DNA of 64,000 bases from Cyanophora paradoxa CCMP329 (Eukaryota; Plantae; Glaucophyta), in the NCBI GenBank assembly GCA_004431415.1, contig QPMI01000214.1, forward strand, positions 1 through 64,000, written 5' to 3'. Below are positions 38,457 to 51,212 of the stretch, piece by piece. Under the pieces are notes generated by a model that had not been told where the DNA came from, searched no databases, and worked only from the letters and a program-made list of their open reading frames with translations. The position numbers and the translations under genes are program-made. Position 1 is the stretch's first letter; each line of letters begins with the position of its first letter.

Positions 38457-39135
38457 CTCTTTCTAAGCTACGGGCGCGCGGGACCACTCCTAGACCGTCA
38501 ACGCTTTAACTATACCCGTGCTGTTCGGGGGTGAATGGAGGCTGGACGAATTCGAAAGTTGGACGAAAGTTGGACGAAAGTTGGACGAGTTGGACGAAAG
38601 TCGGACGAAAGTTGGACGAAAGTTGGACGAAAGTTGAACGAAAGTTGGACGAAAGTTGGACGAAGTTGGACGAAAGTTGGACGAAAGTGCGATCAGTACG
38701 ATTACGTATACGATATCGATTGCGACTGCCGCGCCCATTACGATTACGATGGGCTATAGGCGGGGGGAGCCCTGCAGCTGGCTTTTTTATCAGCGGACTC
38801 TTTTTCTCTTTTTATGCTACGGGCGCCCCAGACCTCCTACCTCAGCGCTTTACTGTACCCGTGCTGTTAGGGATTGCTCTTTCTAAGCTACGGGCGCGCC
38901 GGACCTCCTACCTACAGCGCTTTAACTGTACCCGTGCTGTTAGGGATAGAGCGTAACCCGCAGGGACTGGTGCCCTGATGGGGAAAAGGGGATGGGAGCC
39001 TAGCTAGCTACGAGCCGAGCAGGCGCTTCGCGTCCACGCCCGTGCCGTAGCGGATGAAGATGCTCCTGCGAGAGGTCTGTGCGATCAGTACGATTACGAT
39101 TGCGACTGCCGCGCCCATTACGATTACGATTATGG
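38457..39135 (-). mobile_element. Cluster of Fanzor-derived right ends (copies D, E and a tandem duplicate)
   Basis: Three co-oriented terminal-hairpin units ending at ~38876, ~38806 and 38457, plus the last coding exon (~39010-39068). Confidence 0.8.
38544..38688. repeat. 11-bp minisatellite (GGACGAAAGTT)n
   Basis: About 13 tandem units directly visible. Confidence 0.9.
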
Positions 39136-40105
39136 TGATTGGAGGCATCGAAGGTGATTGGAGGCGCCGTACCGCCGGTAGCCCGCTAGCGCCCGCCCCC
39201 CTCGCCTCGGCGACGTGCCGTAGCGCTCGTCGACGAGGCTTAGATCCGAAGGCGGGACACTAATTGCTCAAATAGTGTCCCGTGCTAGCTACGAAATTAT
39301 TTCGGCTAGCTTACGAATTAACATTTCCTTAATGAAGTTTTAACGTAAGCGTAAGCGTAAGCCGGACGCGGAGCCCGTCATCATACAAAGTCGCGACAGC
39401 GAAAACCCCCCAAGGAGGCGGTCTAGCTAGGGTGCAATTGCGTTCCCTACAGGGCCTACACTGCACGCCAAGTCGGCCGTCCATCCCCCCCTGTGCTGGA
39501 AAAAAAGTACAATTCGCAACAGCGATCGACAGCAGCGATCGACTTCGTACCGGGCGTATACGTAGGGGAAGAATTACGATTACGATCACACGATCATGAT
39601 CACCCCAGGCCTAGAACACAAGCCCAGCAGCAGACAGAGCTAACCTATAGCTAGCTGGCAATTACGACCAGAGTTTAAGACAAGAATTACGATAGTAATG
39701 GGACCGGCCGGTAGTACTAGGGATTGTACTAGAGTTGCCTAGACACAGAGTTGTACTAGAACTCTCGGTTTCAGGACTTGGTGAAACGGCCCGGTTTCTC
39801 CTGATGAGAGCAGGTTCTGCAATAGCTAGACCAAGCTAGAAGATTCTAGCTATAGGCGGCATAGTCCTCTCAACAGTACGGTAACCGCGCGCGGTTGCGG
39901 GACCCCGTTGTACAGAGTTGACTAGAACTCTCGGTTTCACAGCTGGTCTGGAGGTTCAGGGCGGTTCAAGCTGTACAGTTCAAGCTGCAGTGGTGAAGCT
40001 TGCATATGATGCGGCGGCAGCTCACAGCGCTGCCATGCAGCAGAAATACATGAAATTTGTTCAAGATGCAGCGCAGCAAAAGCGCGAGGATGGTGAAGAA
40101 ACCTT

Positions 40106-41036
40106 CTAGCGAAACTCGCCTTCGAAGACCTTCTCGAAGGTTTCGCTAGTCCCGAAGCCGAAAAGTCTGAATATCCAGCGAAAAAGCGGAATCCTGAGGA
40201 GCACACGGTAGATCCAGCGCACAGGCGCCCCAAGCAGCTGGACGAATGCCAGCGTCCTGCAGAATGCCCCTACCATCTGAATTACAGTGATCCCTTCGTT
40301 ATACATCCAAGTCGTCCGCCCGATGAGCATGAGAAGTGAAGAGAAGAAGCCGTTGAAGGCGTAAATATTCTCCTCAATCGTCCTGTAAAACTGCCCGAAT
40401 GGCTGGTGCTGACCCTGCAGCAGCGGGTCGCCACGATGTCGAGACATGCCGCAACAGCGATAATCGTACCTGCCCTGTGAACGGCTGCCCACCGTACCCG
40501 AAAGAACTGCCGTAGCCTAACCCCATGCCCATGTTGCCATATGGTGCACCAAAGCCGCCGCTGTAGCCCATGCTGCCCATTCCCATCCCGCCGTAGGGGC
40601 CACCAAAGCTTCCTGAAGAGAAGCCAAACGCGCCCCGGAAAGAGTCCAGAGGGGGTCGCATCGCAGAACCGCCTGGAGCCGTTCGCCGAGTCAGAGACCG
40701 CGCTTCAGAGAGCGCACGCGCGCGCGCGATGTATGCACCGAAAGAAGGCGAAGCATTAGGAACAATGGCCGAGCTGGAGGGTGTGACGGGTGTTGTCCCC
40801 ATGAGAGACGATGAGGCCGTTGACGTCGAGGTCCGCGCCCAACTCGATGACGGCGCGCCGCCGCTCTCCCATGGCTTCCGAGGCAGGCCAACGGCGCCGG
40901 CGGAGGGAAGAGAGGGAGGTGGCTGCGCCCCGACCGCGCTCCCAACGGAGCCGGTCGTATCAGTGGGCGGAGGCACGGTCGCCTCCCAAGGCCTCGCAGT
41001 GGGCGCAGCTCGCTCCCAAGGTTTGGCGGGAGGCAT
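40106..41036 (-). CDS. PEX13: Pex13-like peroxisomal membrane protein (plant type, no SH3 seen)
   Basis: MPPAKPWE start, Gly/Tyr/Met-rich YG-repeat region, then amphipathic/hydrophobic helices. Confidence 0.7.
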
Positions 41037-41719
41037 CCAGCGCGCTCGAAGCGCTCAAGCTCGAGCCGACGTCGGCAAGCAGATCGAGGGAGCCGCCGTA
41101 GATATTGAGCTCTAACAAAGGTTTCCCGCCGCACAATGGCCTGCCAAGGAAGCTAAGCACGCTTTGAGGCCCAGTGCAGCCGCAGGTCCTCTTCGTGTGT
41201 GTGTGTGCTCCGGTACCCCTAGGGGCCCGGTTTATAGTCGTCCCCCTCACTCCTTCCCCGGTTTGACCCGGGCCCCTACAGCGTGAAAGCCAATAGGGGG
41301 GAGCTCCTCCCACATGTAGGAGGCGGGGGAAGACTTTGCAGCTGGCTTAGGCAGGGTTACCTGTGGGGCATAAGCACTGGTAGCTCTCCTGTTTTCAGCA
41401 GCCTTTCCACTGCAATGTGTGCGTTCCAGAGGGCTGTATCTGGGGGTGGGTACCGGTTGTTCGAGCACACGTGCTTGCTCGTCATCATTCGTCGTCAGTT
41501 TCCCCCAGCAGCTGCATATATATATATAAAGTTTTTGTATGGGAGCGCCACATGTACAGCGGCCTACATCGATATCGATATATCTGATCATGACCCCCGG
41601 CCCCCCCTCTGGGGCTGGATTGGTGAAAACTTGACATGCAGCCTGCAGGATTAACCGATAGATCAGGTTAATTATAAGCTCGCTGCACGGTTTGTGGTGC
41701 GACAGCGGCTGCACTTTAT

Positions 41720-42075
41720 TCGCGATTACGATTAGGCCGTGAGGGTTCGGACGTCTTTCACTGCGATTACGATTAGGCCATGAGGGGTCGGACGTCTTTG
41801 ATTAACATTGCGGTTACGATCAGGCCCTTTCGGAGGGGTCGGGCGTCTTCATTGCATCGCAACATTCCTTTCGAATTCATCAGAATGTATTCATCATGCA
41901 GGCCCTGCTTTGATTGAACATGCTGAGGGGCGGGGCGTCTTTGATTGCGATTACGATCAGGCCCTGATCACGAGGGCCGGGCCTGGACGTCTTTGATTGC
42001 GATAACGATCGGGCCCTGAGCTCGAGGGGCTGGAAGTCTTTGGTTGCGATTACGATCAGGCCCTGAGCTCGATGT
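41720..42075. repeat. Degenerate ~40-bp tandem repeat (GGACGTCTTTGATTGCGATTACGAT..GGCC), family C
   Basis: Several units here. Related clusters near 15990-16120, 19860-19925, 31330-31520, 33650-33740, 37055-37112, 38240-38385, 57180-57230 and 58600-58690. Confidence 0.75.
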
Positions 42076-44815
42076 CCGTGGATGTCTGCCCACGAGCGCT
42101 GACGAAGCTTCTTGCACTGCTGCTCCCAAGGCTTGGCGATTTTTCTGTCTGCTCAGCGAGTCTTGCAAGGACGTCGCGGCCTGCCTCTCCAGGGTCGAAG
42201 CCGGGGTGAGCCTATTCCCGGGTTGTGAGGGAGAGCATTGTCACATTTCGCAACAGTCAGCACCTGAATGAAGGAGAGCAGACTCTTTTCCAGTTTCCCT
42301 CCACGGCTACGTTGCGCCTTCGCCAGTTGCTGGCCTCCATACTGACGAGGATGTATGAGGGAGGGGCTCCTCAAAATTACCGAGCTTTGGATACAGAAAC
42401 GCGGCACCTTCGGGTTCCCGTGGCGTGCAACATCAAACAAGCCGAAGCTGCACACATGCCCGAGACCACGAACTTCCACCGTAAAATCCCTCACGAACTG
42501 GACAATATCCTCTGCGAAGGAACATCTAGTGATATATCGACGAGAAAATGAAAAGCAGAAAACGACTGCACCGGCACAGCGTGGAAGCGAGTAGTATAGT
42601 ATGTAAGGGTTAAGAAACACAGCGAGCACATCCTTTTCCGTGGAGATTAGGCATGCGAGCAGAGAAGGCAGCTTGTGAGCACATTCACCTGTACAAAAGA
42701 TACCAGTTTAAACTGGAACAATAAAGAGAGCTCGCCATGAACTTCCCATGAAGTGAAATGTCCCTGCCAGTGGTGTGGCAGATAATGTGTGTGCTTCACA
42801 ACTTCGGTCAGCACAGCTGTGGCATCTCCACCGGCCTTTATGCAGTCAAAAGGAGAGCAGGGTTTTCCAGAGACATGGTTGCACGTACAAATGACGAATC
42901 ATCCACGGAAAGGGCACGGCAGACAGCAACGATTGCACCAAACAATGCCAGCCACCACCAGAGAGGCTTTCCCCCAGCCTGGTGCAAGAGTAAATCAGCA
43001 ATACCCAATGAGCTACAGGAATACTTGACAACGCACTTCGCTGGCAAGCAAGTTCTGGTCAAGGACACCCGCAACAATAAGCACAGCTGCCAGGGCACCT
43101 GATACGAAGGCAGCGAATCGTGCAAACATGCCGAGTGCAAATGAAGGGAACATGGAAAGATAAGAGTCTGTAAGAGCATGAGATGAAAGAACAATTCAGA
43201 ACTGAAAACGGAACTCACTTGCAGGAGGGCAAGCAGCGGCAAGGCTGTGAAAAAAATCAGGCAAGTTGAATGGATGAGGCCATCATGCTCCTTACCGTTT
43301 TGCGAAGAAATGGGGCAGCTCGTTAAATTCTCGAAATCTCCACCTTGCATCAACTGTCCATTCCCGCTTGCCCAAGAGAGACGGAGAAACGTAGAATTGC
43401 TAGAGCACAGGGTTGCTGAGCACAGCACAGTCCGGGGGCACAACTGATCGAAATTGCGTATACGTACTTGTGCATTGAGAAGAATAAAGCGCATCACGAG
43501 GAAGACGACAATGAAGGGCATAAGTATGAAATTAAGAATGCCCATAATTTGAAACCGTCTCCTCATGCTGAAGGAAAATAAGACACGTGAACTTGGAAGG
43601 CCGGGAATATTAATGACGATCTCACATCTCGGCATTTAGAAACTCTGGATGGATCCGGTACATCTGCGAAGTACACTCCGTTATAATGAAGACTGCCACA
43701 GGACATTATGCATATTTCGACGCACTGCTCCAAACATCCTATCAAAGATGCAGAAGTTCAAATTCCAGATAAGAGCATCCGTGAGGGGTGCTTGGCGCAT
43801 CAAGGGTGGCTGCTCAGGCAGGCCATCCGCGGTGAGCTCGCTAGTTCTGAAGTCCTGCTGCTTTCGCCGATCGCTTGTTGGGGCAGCGGCGAGATAAGCA
43901 GGCAAGAACGGTAAGCGAAGATCGAGCACTCCTCTGTTGACCAGTGCTATCAAATAGTTCTCCCTTCTCATCAGGCGAGCGGCAACATCTACCTGTGTTG
44001 TCAAACAAATATCCATAGAGAGTACTTAATGAAACGTCAGATAGCGCTCACCGAGTGGGGCAACTTGGCCAATTCCAGGCTGTGCTGATATCTGGGAAAG
44101 TTTTATTTTCTCTAGCACTGCATTCCACTCCATTCCTTGGAGTTCAGTCTACAGCGAGTGGAAGGTGCCTCATCAAAATAATGAGGCTCTCCCAACCGCG
44201 AATTCCGAAATTCGAGGTAAAGGCGCACATCACTCAGGCCAACATCCATGTTGTAGAAGCGACGTATTTCAAAAGCCCCGAAGACGTCGCCAAAAAAGCA
44301 CATCGATTTCCAGAGCCAGTACACAGAAAATACAATCATGTACAAAAGGATGCCGAATTCTTTCATTCCAACGCTGCGAAAGGCTGATCAGAACGTCCAA
44401 AGCGTTCGCAAGAACAGCGTACTTCGAAAACGGCGCCTCGCGAATCGCGTGGACGTCGCGCCAGCACGGTTGATCAGCGCGGCAACTAGTAGTAAGCAGC
44501 TCCGTCCAGTTGACAAAAGCTAGCAAAAACGACGAGAACCCGATCGTGAAGCCCAGGGACCTGCGCGCGTAGCTTGGGTCATCTGACAGGTTGTGCCGCA
44601 CGGCGGGCGACGTACAGCAGCTCAAAGAGACGAGAAAGAACTATGCAAGTGAAACCCTTCTCTGCGTAGTACGCGTACAGGCGATCCCAGAACGTGTCTG
44701 CGTTCCGCGGGGCCGCCCTCGTCGTCTCGCGCCGCTGCGCCTCGACGTGCCCCGTTTCACCCTCCTCTTCCCGCTCCTCGGCCCGCAGGAGGGGCGTCGG
44801 CGCGTCGTTGGACAT
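42056..44815 (-). CDS. ATG9: Autophagy-related protein 9, multi-exon
   Basis: FWDRLYAYYAEKGFTCIVLSRLFELL, DVAARLMRRENYLIALVN, VEVRGLGHVCSFGLFD, GKLEKSLLSF. Confidence 0.93.
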
Positions 44816-45176
44816 CGCGTTGTCGTTCAGCGAGTCGGGGAATTGCGAGCCCTCCGCAGCTGCTGCTCGGAATTGCGAGCCCTCTCCCTTTGTGCAGCAC
44901 AGATTCGAGCGCAGGCTGACTGAGGCGCGCCGGTTGCGGCGGCCTTCCGAAAGAGAGAAAGAGCAAAGGAATAGAGAGAGATTCGAACCCGAGTCTGATA
45001 GTGTTGAAGTAACCCGGCCCAGCTAGGCCCGATCGAGCTCGCGCCTCTAACATAATTAAAGCTTCTCCTCGGGGACTGCATGAATCGAAAGTCGACGTGG
45101 AGCGCGTGCACGAGCTCGAGAGGTCAAGCACGCGCTGCACGTCGCAGACAGCTAGGATTGAGCGCTGCGCGCTGCG

Positions 45177-48100
45177 ATGGGCGGCGGTGCCAGCTCGGAG
45201 GGCCGCAACGCAGAGGCGACAGCTGCTGACGGTGCACGCTCCTGATAGCTATGCTGTCTTGCTGCTGATCTTACGCCTGCGTCAGCGCAAGCTGTGCTGG
45301 CGGAGCTGACGGAATCACAATTTGAGCCACGCCGGATTGAGCTCCGGTGCGGCGTCTCGCGCTGGCCCGCGTTTCAGCATCGCAGCGAAGACCTAACTTC
45401 GCCTGCTGAACGCAGGGATCGCCAGCGGGAACCGTGGGTCGTGCGGCTCTATCTCATCTCAACGGGGCCCGATATGGTAAAGGAGCGGGTCGTGATCCAA
45501 AAGGATAAGGTTCCTGAGCTGCAGAAAGCACTCATGGAGCACGGCGTGCACCTAGTCGGTCAGTTTCCCGCGCAGAGACTCGCGCGCCGCTACTCACGTC
45601 TCAGACAGTAATCGACCCGCGCGTTGCTGAGATGGACGCAAACGAGGAGATGAACCGACACTACATCAGGCACCTTCTGCGCCTCGCTCCGCCTTGCGGG
45701 CGGCCGCTTAGTGCCGGGGCAGGTACGCGCTGGAGGAGATCGACCACAGCCGCCCGTACTTGGGTGTCTTCCTCGGCGAGCGCTACGGGCGGACCTTCGC
45801 GGGCAAGCAGAAGGACCGCGCGGGGGTCATCAACCGGGCGCGCTTCGGGGAGGCCTTCGACGCGGCGGCCGAGCTGCACCCCTGGCTCGCCCTGCACAAG
45901 TCCTCCAGCGTCTTCGAGATCGAGATAACCCACGCACTCCTCATGCACCCCTATCTCGCATCCGCCCACAGCACCTTCGTCTACTTTCGGTGCGCGAGGG
46001 CCGTGTGCACCTCGCGCGCGCTTGCGCGCCAGGGCCGGCTCCGGCGTCGCCGACCCCCCCGGGGGGCCACGGCCAGGGACCCGTACGTGCCGGAGGACGC
46101 GAAGAAAGAGCAGGCACGCGACTACCGACGGGAAGACGGCCGCGCTGATCTCAAGCTAAAGTCACTCAAGGCCAGGCTTGCATCCTGCCTCGAGGACGAA
46201 GGTCCGGCGGGGCCCTGCGGCGGAGCGCCAACGCCTCTGCGGCTCACGGTTGCGTGAGCAGGGCTGCAGCCGCGGCAGTACGCAACGCCGGAGGCGGGGG
46301 CGGCGGCTTTCGTGAACGACGTGCGGGAGGCGGTCCTCGAGAGCCTCGTGCGGGCCCCCGCGCGGGCCATCCAGGAGGACCCCGATGCGCGCACCGTCCC
46401 GCGTCCCCGTGCGCTTCCGCCGACTGGCGCGCAGGACGACGAGGAGGAGGCCGCGCGCAAGCGAGAGACGCGGCGGCAGCTGACTGACCCGCTGCTCGTC
46501 GAGCGGCGCGCCATCGCCGACTTCGCGAGAGAGTGGGCATCGTGCGGGCCCCGCCCCACCCCCACGCCCCCGGCCCCCCCAGCGCCCGCCTACCCTGCTA
46601 CTCCCTGCGCAGGCAGTGCAGCGTCGACATCGGGGGCGGGGAGCTCTACCCCGCTCTGGTGCGCCGGAACGCCCGGGGCGCTGCGGGCGACGCTTGGGCG
46701 CGGCCCACTGGCCGGGGCAGGTGGAGTACGTGCACGAGCGGAGCGGGCCGCTGATCCTCATCGGGGGCCCCTGGTCGGGCAAGACGGCCGTCCTCGCCCG
46801 CCTGCACGCCGACTTCACGGCCCGCCCACCGCCCCGCCGGCACACCGGGGGCGGCGCCTGAGGGCGCGGCGCGCAGGAAAATCCCCGGCCGGGGGTCATG
46901 GCATTCGCCAACTTTGTAGGCTCAACTCTGCAGAGGTCGGCCACGCCCCCGCCGCCCGGGGCGGGAAGCCAGGGGTCGGGGCGGGGCCGACGCCGCGCAG
47001 CTACATCTTCTCGAACATGCTCAGGCGCCTCTTCGCCGAGATCAACGCCGCCTTCGGCACCAGCGTGCGGCCGCCCGCCGGCGTCTCCGCGGCGCCGCCC
47101 CGATGGGCCGCCCGTGGGATCCCCAGATCGCGATTCCGACAGGGCGGGAGGCCCTCTTCGACGCTATCCCGACCTTCTTTGAGGCCGTCGGCAAGCGCGG
47201 CAAGGCCCTTCTTGTGCTCGTGCGCGCCGGCCGGTGGGGTTCGGCGGGCGGGGCGGGCGCTGATGTGGTGCAGGACGGCGTGGAGGCGCTCGAGGACGTG
47301 GACCTCGGGACGGACCTCGAGCCAATCCTCGACCACCTCTCCTCCTCCCCCGCCGTTCGCGTCGTCCTCTCCGCGCAGCCCGGTAGCCCGCTCGTCGACG
47401 CCGCCGCACGACGCGAGTGGCCGGCGCTGGCGGTGCCGCCGCTGACGCCCCCCGAGCGTGCCGTGCTGGTCGAGGCGCACCTGCAGGAGCGGCCCGTGCA
47501 CCTGCAGGAGCGGCACCGCGCCATGCTTCTTGGAGCCGAGCTGGGGGGCAACCCAGGCTTCCTCCGCGCCCTCCTTCACGACCTCCGCTACACCACGCAG
47601 CGGGCTCGCCCGCCCGTACCCCCGCCACCGGCCGGCCTCACGCCCGCTGCAGGGGGATGAGCTGACGCGGCACCTGGCGGCAATCTGCGAGGCGCAGGAG
47701 CTGACCAAGGTGTATGCCCTCATCCTGCAGCGCTGGGAGACAGCGTACGGCGAGTCGCGCGGCACCTCCGTCGCCGCCGAGGTCATGCGCATTCTTTGCA
47801 CCGCCCGCCGCGGAGTCACCGAGTACGAACTCACATCCGTCCTGGGTGCGCCTTCGCGCGCACTGCCTCGCCGCCTTCCAGGCCGCGCACGCGCGGCCGA
47901 GCGAGCGCGGGGCCGGCAGGCGCGTGGCGGCCCACCTACCCGGCGCTGCACGCGGCCTTCGCACCGCACGTGTGGAGCCGGGACGGGGTCCTGACCCTCG
48001 CGTTCAACCCGCACCTGCGTGGCGCCGCCATCGCCAAGTGCATGGCCGGCAAGCGCTTCCACTTCGCCGCCTCGACGTCCGCCTGCGTCCTTCAAGCGCG

Positions 48101-49110
48101 CCTCCGCTGCGCGAATTGAGCCGGCACAGGGCGCTCATCCAGTACTTCCAGAAAATGAAGCAGGAGGCGTTCCCGCGAACGCATTCACCGCTGGAGCGGC
48201 GGCGGGCGCAGGAGCTGCCGTGGCTGCTGCGCCGCTCGAAGAACTTCAACACGCTGCGGGAGGTGGTCTCCGAGCTCGGCATATTCGTGCGCCTGCACGA
48301 GGAGGACGGCGGCAAGCTCGACCTCGTCGACTACTGGCGCGAGAGCGGCGGCCTCGAGGCCGCTCCCAAGTCCTACATGCGCAGCCTCGAGCGCCTCGAG
48401 CAGGAGGCCGCCACGCCCGCCGACCAGGACCGGGCCATGCAGCTCGCCCAGTGGATGTTCGATTTTTTTATGGCGCGCCACGCCCCGCCGTCCCCCGCGC
48501 GCCTCGCGCCGCCTTACGCCCCGCAGGACGCCGACGCGCTGGATGCCGCCGAGCAGTTCGGGCAGCGGGTGCCGCCTGCCTGCGCCCCGCGCGCTGCATC
48601 CCGCGCATCGCGCGGCCTCACCTCGCGCCGCGCGGCAGCTCATCGAGAAGAAGAAGCAGCAGCTAGGGGCAGACAGCGCGGACCTCGCCGCCGACTACCG
48701 CCGCCTCATGGAGATCTGCGAGCGCGGCGAGCGGTCCGCGCCGCGCCGCGCGACGCCCAGGGGGCGCCCTCGACCACAGTACGCAGGTTGGACGACGCCC
48801 TCAACTACGCGCAGCAGACTCTCGGCATCTACGAGCGGGTGCGCGGCCGCCCTCTCCTCGACGGAGGCGGGTGGGGGTGCCCACAGCCAGGTCGGGGGCG
48901 CGGCAGCACGGCAAGATGAAGGAAGCATTCGAGCTGCTCGACACCATCGCGCGCTTCTACACGTGTGCACGCGCCAGCCCCCCCGGGCCGGCCGCGAGCG
49001 TTAGTGGATTGAGGCGAAAGGGCAGGGCGCTGGGCGACACGGAGGGCTGCGAGGAGACCTACCAGCGCTGGATCGAGGAGGCCGACGAGGAGCTCCCGAA
49101 GGAGGCGCCG

Positions 49111-49146
<36 letters not shown>

Positions 49147-50625
49147 CCCCCCTCCGCGGCGCGCCCTCTCACGGGCACGGCACAGATCGCGCGGCTTGAG
49201 AAGGAGCGCCGCGAGGCCTGGGATAAGGACCAGCAGCGCCGGCGCTGGCCCAGCCAGCAGGTGCCCCCACCCTTCCCCGGGTGAGAAAGCCCTAGCACCC
49301 GCGGCCCGCTACCCGCTGCCGGCGATTTCCGCTGCGCAGCTCGTCATCTTTCGATCCGACGTCGCGAGCGGTGTGTCGAGCACCTGCCCGCGCTCGCCGC
49401 GCCTTGCAGGTCCAAGACGTGTCGTCTGCATGCAGGGGGCGCAAGAGGGGGGGCCGGAGCTGTCATTAGAGCAGAAGGTGCCACCCAGCGCGGCCCTCGC
49501 GCGCTGCGGTCGACCGTCTGGCAGGCGCGCATTGAGCTCGAGCTGGTCGGCACGCCCCTCGAGAAAATGGCGGATCTCCAGATCGAATTCGTGCACAAGC
49601 CCGCTCCCCGTTCCCTTTTGCGCGCCACAGACAGACGCCGGCAGCGGCGGCCGGAACGGGTGCTGCCGATCTACCTGAGGCTGAGCGGGGTGCTGGAGCT
49701 GGCGCTGGGGCCGCACGACGGGCGGCTCGGGGTGCAGCTGCGGCGCCTGGGGGACATCTACGTGGAGCTGCAGGAGTACGACCTGGCGCAGCAGCTGTAC
49801 GTGCGGGCCCTGGCGATCGCAGAGGGGAACAGTGCCGGCTCGAACGAGGACCTGTTGGAGCTGGCGGAGTGCATGGCGATGCTCGGCAACCTCTACTTCG
49901 TCCAGATGCGCTACGAGGAGTCCGTCCCGCTCTTCTCCCGCGCCCTCGCCCTGCGCGAGCAGGTCCTCGGCGGCGACCACCGCGTCGTTGCCGACACCAT
50001 CGACAACCTCGCGCTCGTCTACAGGTGCCGCCCCCCGGCGCGCCTCGCCACCGCCCGGCCGCCGCGCTCCCAGGCAACTCTGCGCGCAGCGAGCAAGGGA
50101 ACTACCGGGAGGCGGAGGCGCTCTACCTGAAGGAAATCGCGCTGATCGAGCGGGCGCTGGGGTCGACGCACCCCGACGTCGCGCAGCGCCTCGCCCAGCT
50201 TGCCACCGTGTACTGGTGGATGGAGCGCTTCGACGAGCGCGAGCGCGTCCTCCTCCGCTGCCTGACCATCAAGGCCCGCCCCGCCTTTCTTCATCGCGCC
50301 TGCTTCCGCGACTGGTGCCGCGCAGGAGGCAACGTTGGGGCCCGACCACCCCGAGGTTGTTGATGCCCGCCGCTGGCTCCAGTCGAGCGACGCCCCCGTC
50401 CAGGAGACCACCATGAGTCCGCTGTGGGTGGGGGTGGTGGTCCGGGGTCCGCTCTTCTCACCCCGGGCCCCGCGGCAGACGTCGCCAAGGGCGTTGAGAA
50501 CGCCCCACACGGGAGCAAGCTCACGTTTGCCCCTATCGCTCGCCCTCCGCCGCGTCATCGCCTCATCTAAATCGCCCGCAGAGCGCGGAGGCGCGCATGA
50601 AGGCACCGCCGACCCCTTACGCTAG
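45177..50625 (+). CDS. NPHP3/TEP1-like DUF4062-NACHT-TPR protein, many exons; 3' end approximate
   Basis: MGGGASS start, LEEIDHSRPYLGVFLGERYG, Walker A GGPWSGKT, and kinesin-light-chain-type TPRs (RALALREQVLGGDHRVVADTIDNLALVY). Confidence 0.75.
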
Positions 50626-51212
50626 CGATCGGTTGCTCGATCGGCCTGCTCTGCAAATTCGAAGCACAAGGCGTCGAGAACCTGGGGCCGTCTCGCGCAC
50701 ATCCCGGCTTGCGGACTCCGGGAGCTCCTGGCTTTAGCGTTGGCAGCATCAAAGTGCCATGATGAGAGTTCCGTCTCGTGCGATCAGGCGCAGAATGTGC
50801 AGAGGCGCAGACACCGCGAGAAGCGCAAATTCACCGGTGCTGCAATCTACGGCACTGTATCTATGCCGCGGCCGGAGAGGGCAGACACTGGCACCCATTT
50901 CAAATTTCCTTCAACAGCACTGCGGTACCCATGGCCATTTCGAATTCACATTTCCTTCGTGGTACCGGTCCCCTAGGCCTGCAGCTCAGCGGCTAGCGCT
51001 GTACATGTCCACTCCCGGCCCTGAAGACGCCGCTTCCTCCCTGAACCCTTCCGATCTCGATCGATTTCGCCCCCCATTATTATTCAAAATTTATTTTCTT
51101 CTCCTCGTCTCAGATCTAGACATCTACCCTGCTCGTGCTTTCGCGCGCTGACATTCGAACGGGATAATATGCATATTGAGCTAAGAAACGCGCGCTTCTG
51201 GACCGCTGAGCC

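Noticed and set aside
38544-39820. Hammerhead ribozyme (GGACGAAA repeats; CTGATGAG at ~39801)
   Set aside because: CUGAUGA and GAAA are not arranged around a closable stem II, so the core cannot be assembled.
39918-40109. Short plus-strand ORF ending next to the PEX13-like stop
   Set aside because: No ATG, no upstream exons and no recognisable family. It may be an orphan fragment, but this is unsupported.
41720-42075. CRISPR-like appearance of the ~40-bp repeats
   Set aside because: The units are degenerate tandem copies without unique spacers of regular length, there are no cas genes, and the context is eukaryotic.
45600-50600. Numerous long overlapping antisense and alternative-frame ORFs
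   Set aside because: Expected from high GC content. They are Arg/Ala/Pro-rich with no motifs and overlap a better-supported spliced gene.
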